Shown: in pieces, positions 9,361 to 20,261 of the stretch | Position numbering within the stretch: position 1 is the stretch's first letter | Layout: every line of letters begins with the position of its first letter | NCBI RefSeq assembly: GCF_003018115.1 | Contig: NZ_CP027457.1 | DNA length: 64,000 nucleotides | From: Escherichia coli | GTDB lineage: Bacteria > Pseudomonadota > Gammaproteobacteria > Enterobacterales > Enterobacteriaceae | Direction: 5' to 3' (one strand) | Notes under the pieces: model-generated | The model's input: the letters and a program-made list of their open reading frames with translations, nothing else | Databases searched by the model: none | What the model was told of the DNA's origin: nothing | Program-made: the position numbers and the translations under genes

Positions 9361-10698
9361 ATGAACACTTCACCGGTGCGAATGGATGATTTACCGCTTA
9401 ACCGTTTTCACTGTCGAATTGCTGCGCTCACTTTCGGCGCACACCTGACCGACGGTTATGTTCTCGGCGTCATTGGTTACGCCATTATTCAACTTACGCC
9501 CGCCATGCAACTGACGCCGTTTATGGCGGGAATGATCGGCGGCTCGGCGCTCCTTGGTTTGTTTCTTGGCAGCCTGGTTCTTGGGTGGATCTCCGACCAT
9601 ATTGGTCGGCAAAAAATCTTCACCTTCAGCTTTTTGCTGATTACGCTCGCTTCGTTCTTGCAATTTTTTGCCACCACGCCAGAGCATCTTATTGGGCTGC
9701 GCATTTTGATCGGCATTGGGCTGGGAGGCGATTACTCAGTCGGTCACACCTTGCTGGCTGAATTTTCCCCGCGCCGCCATCGCGGTGTTTTGCTGGGCGC
9801 ATTCAGCGTGGTGTGGACCGTAGGCTATGTGCTGGCAAGTATTGCCGGACATCACTTTATTTCCGAAAACCCGGAGGCCTGGCGCTGGCTACTGGCATCG
9901 GCAGCTCTGCCCGCGTTGTTGATTACGTTATTACGCTGGGGAACGCCAGAATCGCCACGCTGGCTACTGCGCCAGGGGCGTTTTGCAGAAGCTCACGCTA
10001 TCGTGCATCGCTATTTTGGTCCCCATGTTTTACTGGGCGATGAAGTGGTAACGGCGACCCATAAACACATCAAAACCTTGTTCTCTTCGCGTTACTGGCG
10101 GCGCACGGCGTTTAACAGCGTCTTCTTTGTCTGCCTCGTAATCCCATGGTTTGTGATTTATACCTGGCTGCCAACTATCGCCCAGACTATTGGTCTGGAA
10201 GATGCGCTGACTGCCAGCCTGATGCTTAATGCGTTGTTAATTGTGGGCGCGCTGCTGGGATTAGTTCTGACGCACCTGCTGGCACATCGCAAATTTTTGC
10301 TGGGAAGTTTTTTGCTGCTGGCGGCAACGCTGGTAGTAATGGCCTGTTTGCCTTCCGGCAGTTCATTAACGCTGCTGCTTTTTGTTCTCTTCAGCACCAC
10401 CATTTCGGCAGTCAGTAATCTGGTGGGCATTTTGCCTGCGGAAAGTTTTCCTACTGACATTCGCTCGCTGGGCGTCGGTTTTGCCACCGCCATGAGTCGA
10501 CTTGGCGCGGCGGTAAGTACTGGCCTGCTGCCGTGGGTGCTGGCGCAGTGGGGAATGCAAGTCACCTTATTGCTCCTGGCGACAGTGTTGTTGGTTGGTT
10601 TTGTTGTGACCTGGCTATGGGCACCAGAAACCAAAGCCCTCCCGCTGGTGGCGGCGGGAAATGTAGGAGGTGCGAATGAACATTCTGTTAGCGTTTAA
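9361..10698 (+). CDS. ygcS: MFS transporter
   Basis: 445 aa from ATG 9361 (MNTSPVRMDD...); ORF track start 9286 rejected. Confidence 0.85.
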   Translation: MNTSPVRMDDLPLNRFHCRIAALTFGAHLTDGYVLGVIGYAIIQLTPAMQLTPFMAGMIGGSALLGLFLGSLVLGWISDHIGRQKIFTFSFLLITLASFLQFFATTPEHLIGLRILIGIGLGGDYSVGHTLLAEFSPRRHRGVLLGAFSVVWTVGYVLASIAGHHFISENPEAWRWLLASAALPALLITLLRWGTPESPRWLLRQGRFAEAHAIVHRYFGPHVLLGDEVVTATHKHIKTLFSSRYWRRTAFNSVFFVCLVIPWFVIYTWLPTIAQTIGLEDALTASLMLNALLIVGALLGLVLTHLLAHRKFLLGSFLLLAATLVVMACLPSGSSLTLLLFVLFSTTISAVSNLVGILPAESFPTDIRSLGVGFATAMSRLGAAVSTGLLPWVLAQWGMQVTLLLLATVLLVGFVVTWLWAPETKALPLVAAGNVGGANEHSVSV

Positions 10699-11455
10699 AG
10701 CCGAACCGGATGCCGGAATGCTGGCGGAAAAAGAGTGGCGGGCGGCGGCTCAGGGTAATAGCGGACCGGATATTTCGCTACTGCGAAGTTTACTCGGTGC
10801 TGATGAACAGGCTGCCGCCGCGCTGCTGTTGGCGCAGAGAAAAAACGGTACGCCGATGTCTTTAACCGCGTTGAGCATGGGGGATGAACGGGCGTTGCAC
10901 TGGCTGCGCTATCTCATGGCTCTTGGGTTTGAGGAAGCTGTATTGCTGGAGACGGCGGCAGATCTGCGCTTTGCGCCGGAATTTGTCGCTCGCCATATTG
11001 CCGAATGGCAGCGTCAGAATCCGCTGGATCTGATAATTACCGGCTGCCAAAGCAGCGAAGGGCAGAATGGGCAAACGCCATTTTTGCTGGCGGAAATGCT
11101 GGGCTGGCCCTGCTTCACCCAGGTGGAGCGTTTCACTCTCGACGCGCTGTTTATCACCCTCGAACAGCGTACTGAACATGGGTTGCGTTGTTGCCGGGTT
11201 CGCTTGCCTGCGGTGATTGCCGTGCGTCAGTGCGGTGAAGTGGCCTTGCCAGTACCGGGAATGCGCCAGCGAATGGCTGCGGGGAAAGCAGAAATTATCC
11301 GTAAAACTGTTGCTGCCGAAATGCCAGCGATGCAGTGTCTGCAACTGGCAAGAGCAGAGCAACGACGCGGAGCGACGCTGATTGATGGGCAAACGGTAGC
11401 AGAAAAAGCTCAAAAGCTATGGCAGGACTATTTACGCCAAAGGATGCAGCCATGA
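10676..11455 (+). CDS. ygcR: Electron-transfer flavoprotein beta subunit (FixA-like)
   Basis: 259 aa from ATG 10676 with SD aggagg; overlaps the ygcS stop. Confidence 0.85.
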   Translation: MNILLAFKAEPDAGMLAEKEWRAAAQGNSGPDISLLRSLLGADEQAAAALLLAQRKNGTPMSLTALSMGDERALHWLRYLMALGFEEAVLLETAADLRFAPEFVARHIAEWQRQNPLDLIITGCQSSEGQNGQTPFLLAEMLGWPCFTQVERFTLDALFITLEQRTEHGLRCCRVRLPAVIAVRQCGEVALPVPGMRQRMAAGKAEIIRKTVAAEMPAMQCLQLARAEQRRGATLIDGQTVAEKAQKLWQDYLRQRMQP

Positions 11456-12312
11456 ATATCGCAATTGTGACAATAAATCAGGAGAATGCCGCAATAGCAA
11501 GCTGGCTGGCGGCGCAGGATTTCAGCGGTTGTACCCTGGCGCACTGGCAGATTGAACCTCAGCCTGTAGTGGCGGAACAGGTGCTGGATGCGTTGGTGGA
11601 ACAGTGGCAGCGAACGCCTGCGGACGTTGTTCTCTTTCCGCCGGGAACGTTTGGCGATGAACTGTCGACCCGGCTGGCCTGGCGTTTACATGGTGCAAGC
11701 ATCTGCCAGGTGACTTCGTTAGATATTCCAACCGTAAGCGTGCGCAAATCCCACTGGGGAAATGCGCTAACGGCGACGCTGCAAACAGAAAAACGCCCGC
11801 TATGCCTTTCCCAGGCGCGTCAGGCGGGAGCAGCGAAAAACGCCACGTTGCCCTCTGGAATGCAACAACTGAACATTGTCCCGGGTGCGCTTCCCGACTG
11901 GCTGGTTAGCACAGAGGATCTGAAAAATGTTACTCGCGACCCATTAGCTGAGGCCAGACGGGTGCTGGTGGTGGGGCAGGGCGGAGAGGCAGATAACCAG
12001 GAAATCGCTATGCTGGCAGAAAAGCTGGGAGCCGAAGTGGGCTACAGTCGGGCGCGAGTGATGAACGGTGGCGTTGATGCTGAAAAAGTGATTGGTATTT
12101 CCGGACATCTGCTGGCACCTGAGGTGTGTATTGTTGTTGGCGCTTCTGGCGCAGCAGCGTTAATGGCGGGCGTACGCAATAGCAAGTTTGTGGTGGCGAT
12201 TAATCATGACGCCAGCGCTGCGGTATTTTCACAGGTAGATGTTGGCGTGGTTGATGACTGGAAAGTGGTGCTGGAGGCACTGGTGACAAACATTCACGCA
12301 GATTGCCAATAA
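11452..12312 (+). CDS. ygcQ: Electron-transfer flavoprotein alpha subunit (FixB-like)
   Basis: 286 aa; ATGA overlap with the ygcR stop. Confidence 0.85.
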   Translation: MNIAIVTINQENAAIASWLAAQDFSGCTLAHWQIEPQPVVAEQVLDALVEQWQRTPADVVLFPPGTFGDELSTRLAWRLHGASICQVTSLDIPTVSVRKSHWGNALTATLQTEKRPLCLSQARQAGAAKNATLPSGMQQLNIVPGALPDWLVSTEDLKNVTRDPLAEARRVLVVGQGGEADNQEIAMLAEKLGAEVGYSRARVMNGGVDAEKVIGISGHLLAPEVCIVVGASGAAALMAGVRNSKFVVAINHDASAAVFSQVDVGVVDDWKVVLEALVTNIHADCQ

Positions 12313-12317
12313 CGTGT

Positions 12318-12428
12318 TGCCGGATGATCCTGCCTACGGTTCTGGCCTGGGGACTTGTAGGCCTGATAAGACGCGTCAAGCGTCGCATCAGGCGCTGAAT
12401 GTCGGATGTGGCGTGCGGCCTACAAATC
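12318..12428. repeat. REP/BIME repetitive extragenic palindromes
   Basis: gccggatgatcctgcctacgg ... gtaggcctgataagacgcg...cgcatcaggcgc ... ggatgtggcgtgcggcctac: REP-type palindromic units between convergent ygcQ and ygcP. Confidence 0.75.
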
Positions 12429-12459
12429 AAACCAAATTCAATTGGTTACGATTATCCCG

Positions 12460-13035
12460 TCAAAGTAATTTTTTCGCTAACGTCCAGACCCCGGTATTCG
12501 TGGTGGAAAGCGCCACGACACCCGCGTTAATCGCATTACGCGCATCTTCTTCATCGCACACCAGCCCACCGGCAATCAGCGGTTGGCGGATTTTCTCTGT
12601 CACCCAGCCCAGCACTTTGGGCATACAGCCTGGCAGGATCTCAATACAATCCGGATTCGATTGCGCAACTTGCTTATCAATGTTGTGAAACGAAATTGAA
12701 TCAACAATAAACAGGCGATGAATACAGAAAAAACCTTCCGCTCTTGCCGCTTTCAACATTGAGGCTTTGGTACTGATAATGCCGTCCGCCTCGGTCACCA
12801 GTTTCAAAAACTGAATCACGACTTCTTTATTTGACGCGCCTTCCAGCAAATCAACATGAATAAAAGCATATTTCCCGGCGTTCTTAATCTTTTTAACGAT
12901 ATTACTGATGGTGCAGATATTGCCGTACAACACGGAAATAAACTGGCATTCAGAGTCGATTGCCAGTTGCAGGCTGGCATTATCTTTAACGGCAGCAATC
13001 ACCGGATTCTGGCGGAGCAGGTGTAAGAGGGGCAT
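12460..13035 (-). CDS. ygcP: GlpP-family (glycerol-3-phosphate-responsive type) transcription antiterminator
   Basis: 191 aa; size and family recalled for K-12 YgcP; synteny. Confidence 0.8.
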   Translation of the reverse strand: MPLLHLLRQNPVIAAVKDNASLQLAIDSECQFISVLYGNICTISNIVKKIKNAGKYAFIHVDLLEGASNKEVVIQFLKLVTEADGIISTKASMLKAARAEGFFCIHRLFIVDSISFHNIDKQVAQSNPDCIEILPGCMPKVLGWVTEKIRQPLIAGGLVCDEEDARNAINAGVVALSTTNTGVWTLAKKLL

Positions 13036-13051
13036 AAATTATCCTTATTAT

Positions 13052-13312
13052 TTATCCAAAGCGGTAGGTGATGCCGAATCCGGAAGGCGGATAGCGCCAC
13101 TGTTGTAGTGTGGATTCGTCGCACAGCAAACGGCAGGTGCCACACTCCAGGCAGCCGTGATAATCAACGCGTAAGTCACCTTCCGGTGTGAGCGAAAAAA
13201 GACCTGCCGGACAGGCGTTAATCAACCGTTGTACCATCTGACGCTCAACGGAGTCAGCCGGAACAATGTGCGGCGCATCAGCAACGCGCCAGAGATTATG
13301 GGCTACAGACAT
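13052..13312 (-). CDS. ygcO: Ferredoxin-like protein (FixX-like)
   Basis: 86 aa from the internal Met (MSVAHNLWRV...); CxxC...CxxC motifs. Confidence 0.8.
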   Translation of the reverse strand: MSVAHNLWRVADAPHIVPADSVERQMVQRLINACPAGLFSLTPEGDLRVDYHGCLECGTCRLLCDESTLQQWRYPPSGFGITYRFG

Positions 13313-14574
13313 CGCAGACTCCTGATAACATCGCCCGCCAGATGCCACAGGCCATGACGACGTAAATGACGCCAGAATAACTGGCGCAGCGGTGGAACAG
13401 GTTTATCACCCTGATCCCATAAATCGCGGGAAATATCCTGCATTAACGCAGGCCACGCCCGATACCAGCCAGGGCGTTGCAAAAGCGCCGGAACATGCTG
13501 ATAACGTTGTAGAACATCCCATAGCAGGCTGCGCTCTACGTTGTGATGATAAAGCGCAAACAGATTTTGCGGCTCGCGGTGCTGGCAGGCGCTTATCAGC
13601 GTTTGTGCCGCCGCCTGCGCGCCAGTCAGCGCCATATCCATGCCGCGCACGGAAATTCCGGTATTGACGCAACTGCGCAACGCATCGCCCACCAGCAGCC
13701 AGCCGTTACCGGCGTATTGCACCGGCATACTGTGCAAGCCACCTTCTGGCACCAGATGCGCACCATACTCCAGTGATTCCGTGTTTTTGATAAGCGGGCG
13801 CACTGCCGGATGCGCTTTAAAGCGAGTCAGCAGCTCGCTTGCCGGAACACGACTTTGCGTAAGGGAAGAGAGCGGGCAAACAATCCCTAACGAGAGCGTT
13901 TGTTGATTAGTATAAAGAAATGCGCCGCCGGGTAAGTCATCACAGATCCTGCCGCTGAACAGCAACGCTGCGCCTTCGTTTTTCTCCAGATGAAAACGTT
14001 CTTCAATAGCGGATGTTTCCAGCGACAGCACTTCTTTGATCCCCAACGCCATCGCTTCGCCAGCAGGACGAGTCACTAATCCGTGACGTTCAGCCAGGAC
14101 GCTGTTGGCACCTTCTGCCAGCACCACATAACGGGCGCGGAGAATATCGTCACCACAAATGACACCACACACCCTGCCGTTTTCTTCATACAGTGCATCC
14201 ACCGTCGCTCCGGGGATGCATTCGACACCTTCTTTTTCGGCTTCGGCAACCAGCCACGGATCGAACCGTGCACGTAATACACTCCAGGATTCACCGCCGG
14301 GCTGTAAGCTGGAAAACGTCGTTACGCCATCGGGCGTTAACAGGGAAAGGCTTTCGTGAGTGATGCGTCGTTCAAGAGGCGCGGTCAGATGAAACTGAGG
14401 GAGGAGTTCCGCGAGTGCATGGGTATATAACCGCCCGCCGGAAAGATTTTTGCTGCCGGGGATTTCAGCGCGTTCCAGTAACAAAACGGATAAACCCGCT
14501 CGCGCGCAGCGTAACGCGCAAGCGGTGCCTGCAATACCGGCACCAATAATAATAATGTCGCAGTCGTCTTCCAT
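13303..14574 (-). CDS. ygcN: FAD-dependent oxidoreductase (FixC / ETF-quinone oxidoreductase-like)
   Basis: 423 aa from Met MEDDCDIIIIGAGIAG (FAD-binding GxGxxG). Confidence 0.85.
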   Translation of the reverse strand: MEDDCDIIIIGAGIAGTACALRCARAGLSVLLLERAEIPGSKNLSGGRLYTHALAELLPQFHLTAPLERRITHESLSLLTPDGVTTFSSLQPGGESWSVLRARFDPWLVAEAEKEGVECIPGATVDALYEENGRVCGVICGDDILRARYVVLAEGANSVLAERHGLVTRPAGEAMALGIKEVLSLETSAIEERFHLEKNEGAALLFSGRICDDLPGGAFLYTNQQTLSLGIVCPLSSLTQSRVPASELLTRFKAHPAVRPLIKNTESLEYGAHLVPEGGLHSMPVQYAGNGWLLVGDALRSCVNTGISVRGMDMALTGAQAAAQTLISACQHREPQNLFALYHHNVERSLLWDVLQRYQHVPALLQRPGWYRAWPALMQDISRDLWDQGDKPVPPLRQLFWRHLRRHGLWHLAGDVIRSLRCL

Positions 14575-14651
14575 GTCATGCCCCAGATATCCAGAACACA
14601 ACACCCTAACATAGCGTTACTTAAGGGAAATTGACCGCCGACACACTCTTA

Positions 14652-15017
14652 TCATTCGCCGCGATAGATACAACCTGCGGTACAGGTTTCTTTTACCATC
14701 ACCGCACTTAACAGCGGCACAACGGGTTTAACCTGATCCCAAATCCATTTTGCTAAAACCTCGCTGGTTGGGTTTTCCAGACCTGGAATATCATTGAGAT
14801 AATGGTGATCGAGGCGCTCGTAGGTTGGTTTAAACGCCGCTTTTAGTTCAGCGAAATCGATAATCCAGCCCGTATGCGGATCGACTTCCCCGGTAATTTC
14901 CAGTCGCACCATAAAGGAATGCCCGTGCAGGCGACCACATTTATGCCCTTCCGGGACGTGTGGTAAGCGGTGAGCGGCTTCGAAGGTGAAATCTTTAAAT
15001 AACGTGGTGGACATCAT
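14652..15017 (-). CDS. queD: 6-carboxy-5,6,7,8-tetrahydropterin synthase
   Basis: 121 aa from [35 protein letters not shown] (His/Cys catalytic motifs). Confidence 0.9.
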   Translation of the reverse strand: MMSTTLFKDFTFEAAHRLPHVPEGHKCGRLHGHSFMVRLEITGEVDPHTGWIIDFAELKAAFKPTYERLDHHYLNDIPGLENPTSEVLAKWIWDQVKPVVPLLSAVMVKETCTAGCIYRGE

Positions 15018-15331
15018 AATTTCTCTACAGGACGATAAAACCGCCGTAGAGTACCGGAAAGGCTGTTTTTTCGCATTATCTAAAACGACTTTGTTGCGCA
15101 AAATCGCTGATTTATCTTAATGATTGGCTAAATTCATTTGTTTTTCATTGGGTTGGTTAATCTATTTTGTTGTTAAAGACTATTGCTAAAACAGGTTAGT
15201 CGATTTGGTTATTAGTTATCGCTATCCCGTCTTTAATCCACACCATTTGCCCCGTTAACCTTACCTTCTCTTCTGTTTTTGGGCGCTGACAGGGCGCAGA
15301 AACAGCTTTGCTTACTGGAACATAACGACGC

Positions 15332-17131
15332 ATGACGACACAGGTCCCACCTTCCGCGTTGCTTCCGCTGAACCCGGAGCAACTGGCACGCCTTCAGGCG
15401 GCCACGACCGATTTAACTCCCACCCAGCTTGCCTGGGTTTCTGGCTATTTCTGGGGCGTGCTCAATCAGCAGCCTGCTGCGCTTGCAGCGACGCCAGCGC
15501 CAGCCGCAGAAATGCCGGGTATAACTATTATCTCTGCTTCGCAAACCGGCAATGCGCGCCGGGTTGCTGAAGCATTACGCGATGATTTATTGACGGCAAA
15601 ACTGAACGTTAAGCTGGTGAACGCGGGCGACTATAAATTCAAACAAATCGCCAGCGAAAAACTGCTTATCGTGGTGACGTCAACGCAAGGGGAAGGGGAA
15701 CCGCCGGAAGAAGCCGTCGCGCTGCATAAGTTCCTGTTCTCCAAAAAAGCGCCAAAGCTGGAAAACACCGCGTTTGCCGTGTTTAGCCTCGGCGATAGCT
15801 CTTATGAATTTTTCTGCCAGTCCGGGAAAGATTTCGACAGCAAGCTGGCGGAACTGGGCGGTGAACGCCTGCTCGACCGTGTCGATGCCGATGTTGAATA
15901 CCAGGCTGCTGCCAGCGAGTGGCGCGCCCGCGTGGTTGATGCGCTTAAATCGCGTGCGCCTGTCGCGGCACCTTCGCAATCCGTCGCTACTGGCGCGGTA
16001 AATGAAATCCACACCAGCCCGTACAGCAAAGACGCGCCACTGGTGGCTAGCCTCTCTGTTAACCAGAAAATTACCGGGCGTAACTCTGAAAAAGACGTTC
16101 GCCATATCGAAATTGACTTAGGTGACTCGGGCCTGCGTTACCAGCCGGGTGACGCGCTGGGCGTCTGGTATCAGAACGATCCGGCACTGGTGAAAGAACT
16201 TGTCGAACTGCTGTGGCTGACAGGCGATGAACCTGTCACCGTCGAGGGCAAAACGTTGCCTCTGAACGAAGCGCTACAGTGGCACTTCGAACTGACCGTC
16301 AACACCGCCAACATTGTTGAGAATTACGCCACGCTTACCCGCAGTGAAACACTGCTGCCGCTGGTGGGCGATAAAGCGAAGTTACAGCATTACGCCGCGA
16401 CGACGCCGATTGTTGACATGGTGCGTTTCTCCCCGGCACAGCTTGATGCCGAAGCGCTAATTAATCTGCTGCGCCCGCTGACGCCGCGTCTGTATTCCAT
16501 CGCCTCCTCGCAGGCGGAAGTCGAGAACGAAGTACACGTCACCGTTGGTGTGGTGCGTTACGACGTGGAAGGCCGCGCCCGTGCCGGTGGTGCCTCCAGC
16601 TTCCTCGCGGACCGCGTGGAAGAAGAGGGCGAACTCCGCGTATTTATCGAACATAACGATAACTTCCGCCTGCCCGCTAACCCGGAAACCCCGGTGATTA
16701 TGATTGGCCCAGGCACCGGTATCGCGCCGTTCCGCGCCTTTATGCAGCAACGTGCTGCCGATGAAGCACCGGGTAAAAACTGGCTGTTCTTTGGCAACCC
16801 GCATTTTACGGAAGATTTCCTCTACCAGGTGGAGTGGCAGCGCTACGTCAAAGAGGGCGTGCTGACACGTATCGATCTCGCCTGGTCGCGCGATCAAAAA
16901 GAAAAAGTTTACGTACAAGACAAACTACGCGAACAGGGCGCGGAGCTGTGGCGCTGGATCAATGACGGTGCCCACATTTATGTCTGCGGCGACGCTAATC
17001 ACATGGCGAAAGACGTTGAGCAGGCACTTCTGGAAGTGATTGCCGAATTTGGTGGCATGGACACCGAAGCGGCGGATGAATTTTTAAGTGAGCTGCGCGT
17101 AGAGCGCCGTTATCAGCGAGATGTCTACTAA
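15332..17131 (+). CDS. cysJ: Sulfite reductase [NADPH] flavoprotein alpha subunit
   Basis: 599 aa; flavodoxin and FAD/NADPH domains; cysJ-cysI-cysH order. Confidence 0.95.
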   Translation: MTTQVPPSALLPLNPEQLARLQAATTDLTPTQLAWVSGYFWGVLNQQPAALAATPAPAAEMPGITIISASQTGNARRVAEALRDDLLTAKLNVKLVNAGDYKFKQIASEKLLIVVTSTQGEGEPPEEAVALHKFLFSKKAPKLENTAFAVFSLGDSSYEFFCQSGKDFDSKLAELGGERLLDRVDADVEYQAAASEWRARVVDALKSRAPVAAPSQSVATGAVNEIHTSPYSKDAPLVASLSVNQKITGRNSEKDVRHIEIDLGDSGLRYQPGDALGVWYQNDPALVKELVELLWLTGDEPVTVEGKTLPLNEALQWHFELTVNTANIVENYATLTRSETLLPLVGDKAKLQHYAATTPIVDMVRFSPAQLDAEALINLLRPLTPRLYSIASSQAEVENEVHVTVGVVRYDVEGRARAGGASSFLADRVEEEGELRVFIEHNDNFRLPANPETPVIMIGPGTGIAPFRAFMQQRAADEAPGKNWLFFGNPHFTEDFLYQVEWQRYVKEGVLTRIDLAWSRDQKEKVYVQDKLREQGAELWRWINDGAHIYVCGDANHMAKDVEQALLEVIAEFGGMDTEAADEFLSELRVERRYQRDVY

Positions 17132-18843
17132 TGAGCGAAAAACATCCAGGGCCTTTAGTGGTCGAAGGAAAACTGACAGACGCCGAGCGCATGAAGCTTG
17201 AAAGCAACTACCTGCGCGGCACCATTGCGGAAGATTTAAACGACGGTCTGACCGGCGGCTTTAAGGGCGACAACTTCCTGCTGATCCGCTTCCACGGCAT
17301 GTATCAGCAGGATGACCGCGACATCCGCGCCGAACGTGCTGAACAGAAGCTGGAGCCGCGCCATGCGATGCTGTTGCGCTGTCGTCTGCCGGGTGGGGTG
17401 ATTACCACTAAACAGTGGCAGGCGATCGACAAATTTGCCGGTGAAAACACCATCTATGGCAGCATTCGCCTGACCAACCGCCAGACGTTTCAGTTCCACG
17501 GCATTCTGAAAAAGAACGTCAAACCGGTGCACCAGATGCTGCACTCGGTCGGTCTTGATGCGCTGGCGACAGCTAACGACATGAACCGTAACGTACTCTG
17601 CACCTCGAACCCTTACGAGTCGCAGCTGCACGCAGAAGCGTACGAGTGGGCGAAGAAAATCTCTGAACATCTGCTGCCTCGTACCCGCGCGTATGCGGAG
17701 ATCTGGCTCGATCAGGAAAAAGTCGCCACCACTGATGAAGAACCGATCCTCGGCCAGACTTACCTGCCGCGTAAATTCAAAACCACGGTAGTGATCCCGC
17801 CACAGAACGATATCGATCTGCACGCCAACGACATGAACTTCGTGGCGATCGCCGAAAACGGCAACCTGGTGGGCTTTAACCTGCTGGTGGGCGGTGGGCT
17901 TTCCATCGAACACGGCAACAAGAAAACCTACGCCCGCACCGCGAGTGAGTTTGGCTATCTGCCGCTGGAGCATACGCTGGCAGTGGCGGAAGCAGTCGTG
18001 ACAACTCAGCGTGACTGGGGTAACCGAACCGATCGTAAAAATGCCAAAACCAAATACACGCTGGAGCGCGTGGGGGTTGAGACGTTTAAAGCGGAAGTGG
18101 AGCGTCGCGCGGGGATCAAGTTCGAGCCGATTCGCCCGTATGAGTTTACCGGACGCGGAGATCGTATTGGCTGGGTTAAGGGCATTGATGATAACTGGCA
18201 CCTGACGCTGTTTATCGAAAATGGTCGCATCCTTGATTATCCGGGGCGTCCGCTGAAAACCGGCCTGCTGGAGATCGCGAAGATCCACAAAGGTGATTTC
18301 CGCATTACGGCGAACCAGAATCTGATCATCGCCGGTGTGCCGGAAAGCGAGAAAGCGAAGATCGAGAAGATCGCCAAAGAGAGCGGGTTAATGAATGCCG
18401 TCACGCCGCAGCGTGAAAACTCAATGGCCTGCGTCTCGTTCCCGACTTGCCCGCTGGCGATGGCGGAAGCGGAGCGTTTCCTGCCGTCTTTTATCGACAA
18501 CATCGATAATTTAATGGCGAAACATGGTGTCAGCGATGAGCATATCGTGATGCGTGTAACAGGCTGCCCGAACGGTTGTGGTCGCGCGATGCTGGCGGAA
18601 GTGGGCCTGGTGGGTAAAGCGCCGGGTCGCTACAACCTGCATCTTGGCGGCAACCGTATTGGGACACGTATCCCACGGATGTATAAAGAAAACATCACCG
18701 AGCCGGAAATCCTGGCGTCGCTTGATGAACTGATAGGGCGCTGGGCGAAAGAGCGCGAAGCGGGTGAAGGCTTCGGCGACTTTACGGTGCGTGCGGGCAT
18801 CATTCGCCCGGTGCTCGATCCGGCGCGCGATTTGTGGGATTAA
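17131..18843 (+). CDS. cysI: Sulfite reductase [NADPH] hemoprotein beta subunit
   Basis: 570 aa; start overlaps the cysJ stop. Confidence 0.95.
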   Translation: MSEKHPGPLVVEGKLTDAERMKLESNYLRGTIAEDLNDGLTGGFKGDNFLLIRFHGMYQQDDRDIRAERAEQKLEPRHAMLLRCRLPGGVITTKQWQAIDKFAGENTIYGSIRLTNRQTFQFHGILKKNVKPVHQMLHSVGLDALATANDMNRNVLCTSNPYESQLHAEAYEWAKKISEHLLPRTRAYAEIWLDQEKVATTDEEPILGQTYLPRKFKTTVVIPPQNDIDLHANDMNFVAIAENGNLVGFNLLVGGGLSIEHGNKKTYARTASEFGYLPLEHTLAVAEAVVTTQRDWGNRTDRKNAKTKYTLERVGVETFKAEVERRAGIKFEPIRPYEFTGRGDRIGWVKGIDDNWHLTLFIENGRILDYPGRPLKTGLLEIAKIHKGDFRITANQNLIIAGVPESEKAKIEKIAKESGLMNAVTPQRENSMACVSFPTCPLAMAEAERFLPSFIDNIDNLMAKHGVSDEHIVMRVTGCPNGCGRAMLAEVGLVGKAPGRYNLHLGGNRIGTRIPRMYKENITEPEILASLDELIGRWAKEREAGEGFGDFTVRAGIIRPVLDPARDLWD

Positions 18844-18846
18844 CCA

Positions 18847-18896
18847 TCAGCCCGGTCTTGTAGGCCTGATAAGACACGTGAGCGTCGCATCAGGCA
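18847..18896. repeat. REP element between cysI and cysH
   Basis: gcccggtcttgtaggcctgataagacacgtgagcgtcgcatcaggcaag. Confidence 0.75.
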
Positions 18897-18916
18897 AGGC
18901 AAACAGTGAGGAATCT

Positions 18917-19651
18917 ATGTCCAAACTCGATCTAAACGCCCTGAACGAACTGCCGAAGGTAGATCGCATTCTGGCGCTGGCGGAAACTAACGCCCAACTG
19001 GAAAAACTGGACGCTGAAGGCCGCGTAGCCTGGGCGCTGGATAATCTGCCCGGTGAATATGTGCTTTCTTCCAGCTTCGGCATTCAGGCGGCGGTGAGCC
19101 TGCATCTGGTGAATCAGATTCGCCCGGATATTCCAGTGATCCTCACCGATACCGGTTACTTGTTCCCGGAAACCTACCGCTTTATTGACGAGTTAACGGA
19201 CAAACTCAAGCTCAACCTGAAAGTGTACCGTGCTACCGAAAGCGCAGCCTGGCAGGAAGCACGCTACGGAAAACTGTGGGAGCAGGGCGTTGAAGGCATT
19301 GAAAAGTACAATGACATCAACAAAGTCGAACCGATGAACCGGGCGCTGAAAGAACTTAACGCGCAAACGTGGTTTGCTGGCCTGCGCCGCGAACAATCCG
19401 GCAGCCGCGCCAATTTACCGGTGCTGGCAATTCAGCGTGGCGTATTTAAAATGCTGCCGATTATCGACTGGGATAACCGAACGATATATCAGTATCTGCA
19501 AAAGCATGGCCTGAAATATCACCCATTATGGGACGAAGGATATTTATCGGTGGGCGATACCCATACAACCCGTAAATGGGAACCCGGCATGGCGGAAGAA
19601 GAAACGCGTTTCTTTGGCTTAAAAAGGGAATGTGGGTTACACGAAGGGTAA
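18917..19651 (+). CDS. cysH: Phosphoadenosine phosphosulfate (PAPS) reductase
   Basis: 244 aa from ATG 18917 (SD gagg; [12 protein letters not shown]...); ORF track start 18764 runs through the REP and is rejected. Confidence 0.93.
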   Translation: MSKLDLNALNELPKVDRILALAETNAQLEKLDAEGRVAWALDNLPGEYVLSSSFGIQAAVSLHLVNQIRPDIPVILTDTGYLFPETYRFIDELTDKLKLNLKVYRATESAAWQEARYGKLWEQGVEGIEKYNDINKVEPMNRALKELNAQTWFAGLRREQSGSRANLPVLAIQRGVFKMLPIIDWDNRTIYQYLQKHGLKYHPLWDEGYLSVGDTHTTRKWEPGMAEEETRFFGLKRECGLHEG

Positions 19652-19817
19652 ATATTGCCGGATAAATTAAACGCCTCTGTCAGAAATGATGGGGGCGTTT
19701 TTATTTTGCGAGCAGCATTCCTGATTTTAAACGTGAACGCCGCTGGAAGAATTATCAGGTATAGAATGGCGTCGGGTGCTTGAGGCTGTCTGGCGTTAAG
19801 CATTCGCGAGGTTCCAG

Positions 19818-19922
19818 ATGGACAAAAGCCCCAGGCGATATTTCTATCAACCTGAGGCTTACGTTCGAACCCAAACAATTCGAATGTTAGTCTCTTCTTT
19901 GCAGGGAGGCAAGACATGCTGA
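19818..19922 (+). CDS. mok-like upstream ORF (34 aa), translationally coupled to hok
   Basis: ATG 19818 with SD gagg 7 nt upstream; stop TGA overlaps the hok start (ATGCTGA). Confidence 0.35.
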   Translation: MDKSPRRYFYQPEAYVRTQTIRMLVSSLQGGKTC

Positions 19923-20068
19923 CAAAATATGCCCTTGTGGCAATCATCGTACTGTGTTGTACAGTACTGGGATTCACGCTGATGGTAGGTGACTCGTTGT
20001 GTGAGTTGAGTATCAGAGAACGTGGTATGGAGTTTAAGGCAGTTCTCGCTTACGAATCGAAGAAGTAG
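19916..20068 (+). CDS. Hok/Gef-family type I toxin (50 aa membrane peptide)
   Basis: [50 protein letters not shown]; hydrophobic N-terminal helix plus the SLCE(I/L).(I/Y)R...EV.A..AYES.K signature of Hok proteins; SD ggagg 6 nt upstream; below the 60-aa cutoff of the ORF track. Confidence 0.8.
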   Translation: MLTKYALVAIIVLCCTVLGFTLMVGDSLCELSIRERGMEFKAVLAYESKK

Positions 20069-20261
20069 CCACCACGCGGGGGTAAAACCCCGCGTACTGA
20101 ATTGTGATGGTTTGGTCTCCTGCACCCTTTTTTAAAATTTATATTTTTTATGTGAATATATAGTCTCTATTTATTATTATGAATTTCAAATGAAAATCAT
20201 TAATTTATTCATAATGTAAATGTTTTATTGGCTGATATATATCACAGATAATTTTTAAAAT

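Noticed and set aside
19519-20125. Minus-strand ORFs 19519..19977 (152 aa) and 19859..20125 (88 aa)
   Set aside because: They overlap the hok/mok locus and the cysH 3' end, and have no RBS or recognisable family; the plus-strand Hok ORF with SD and family signature explains the region better
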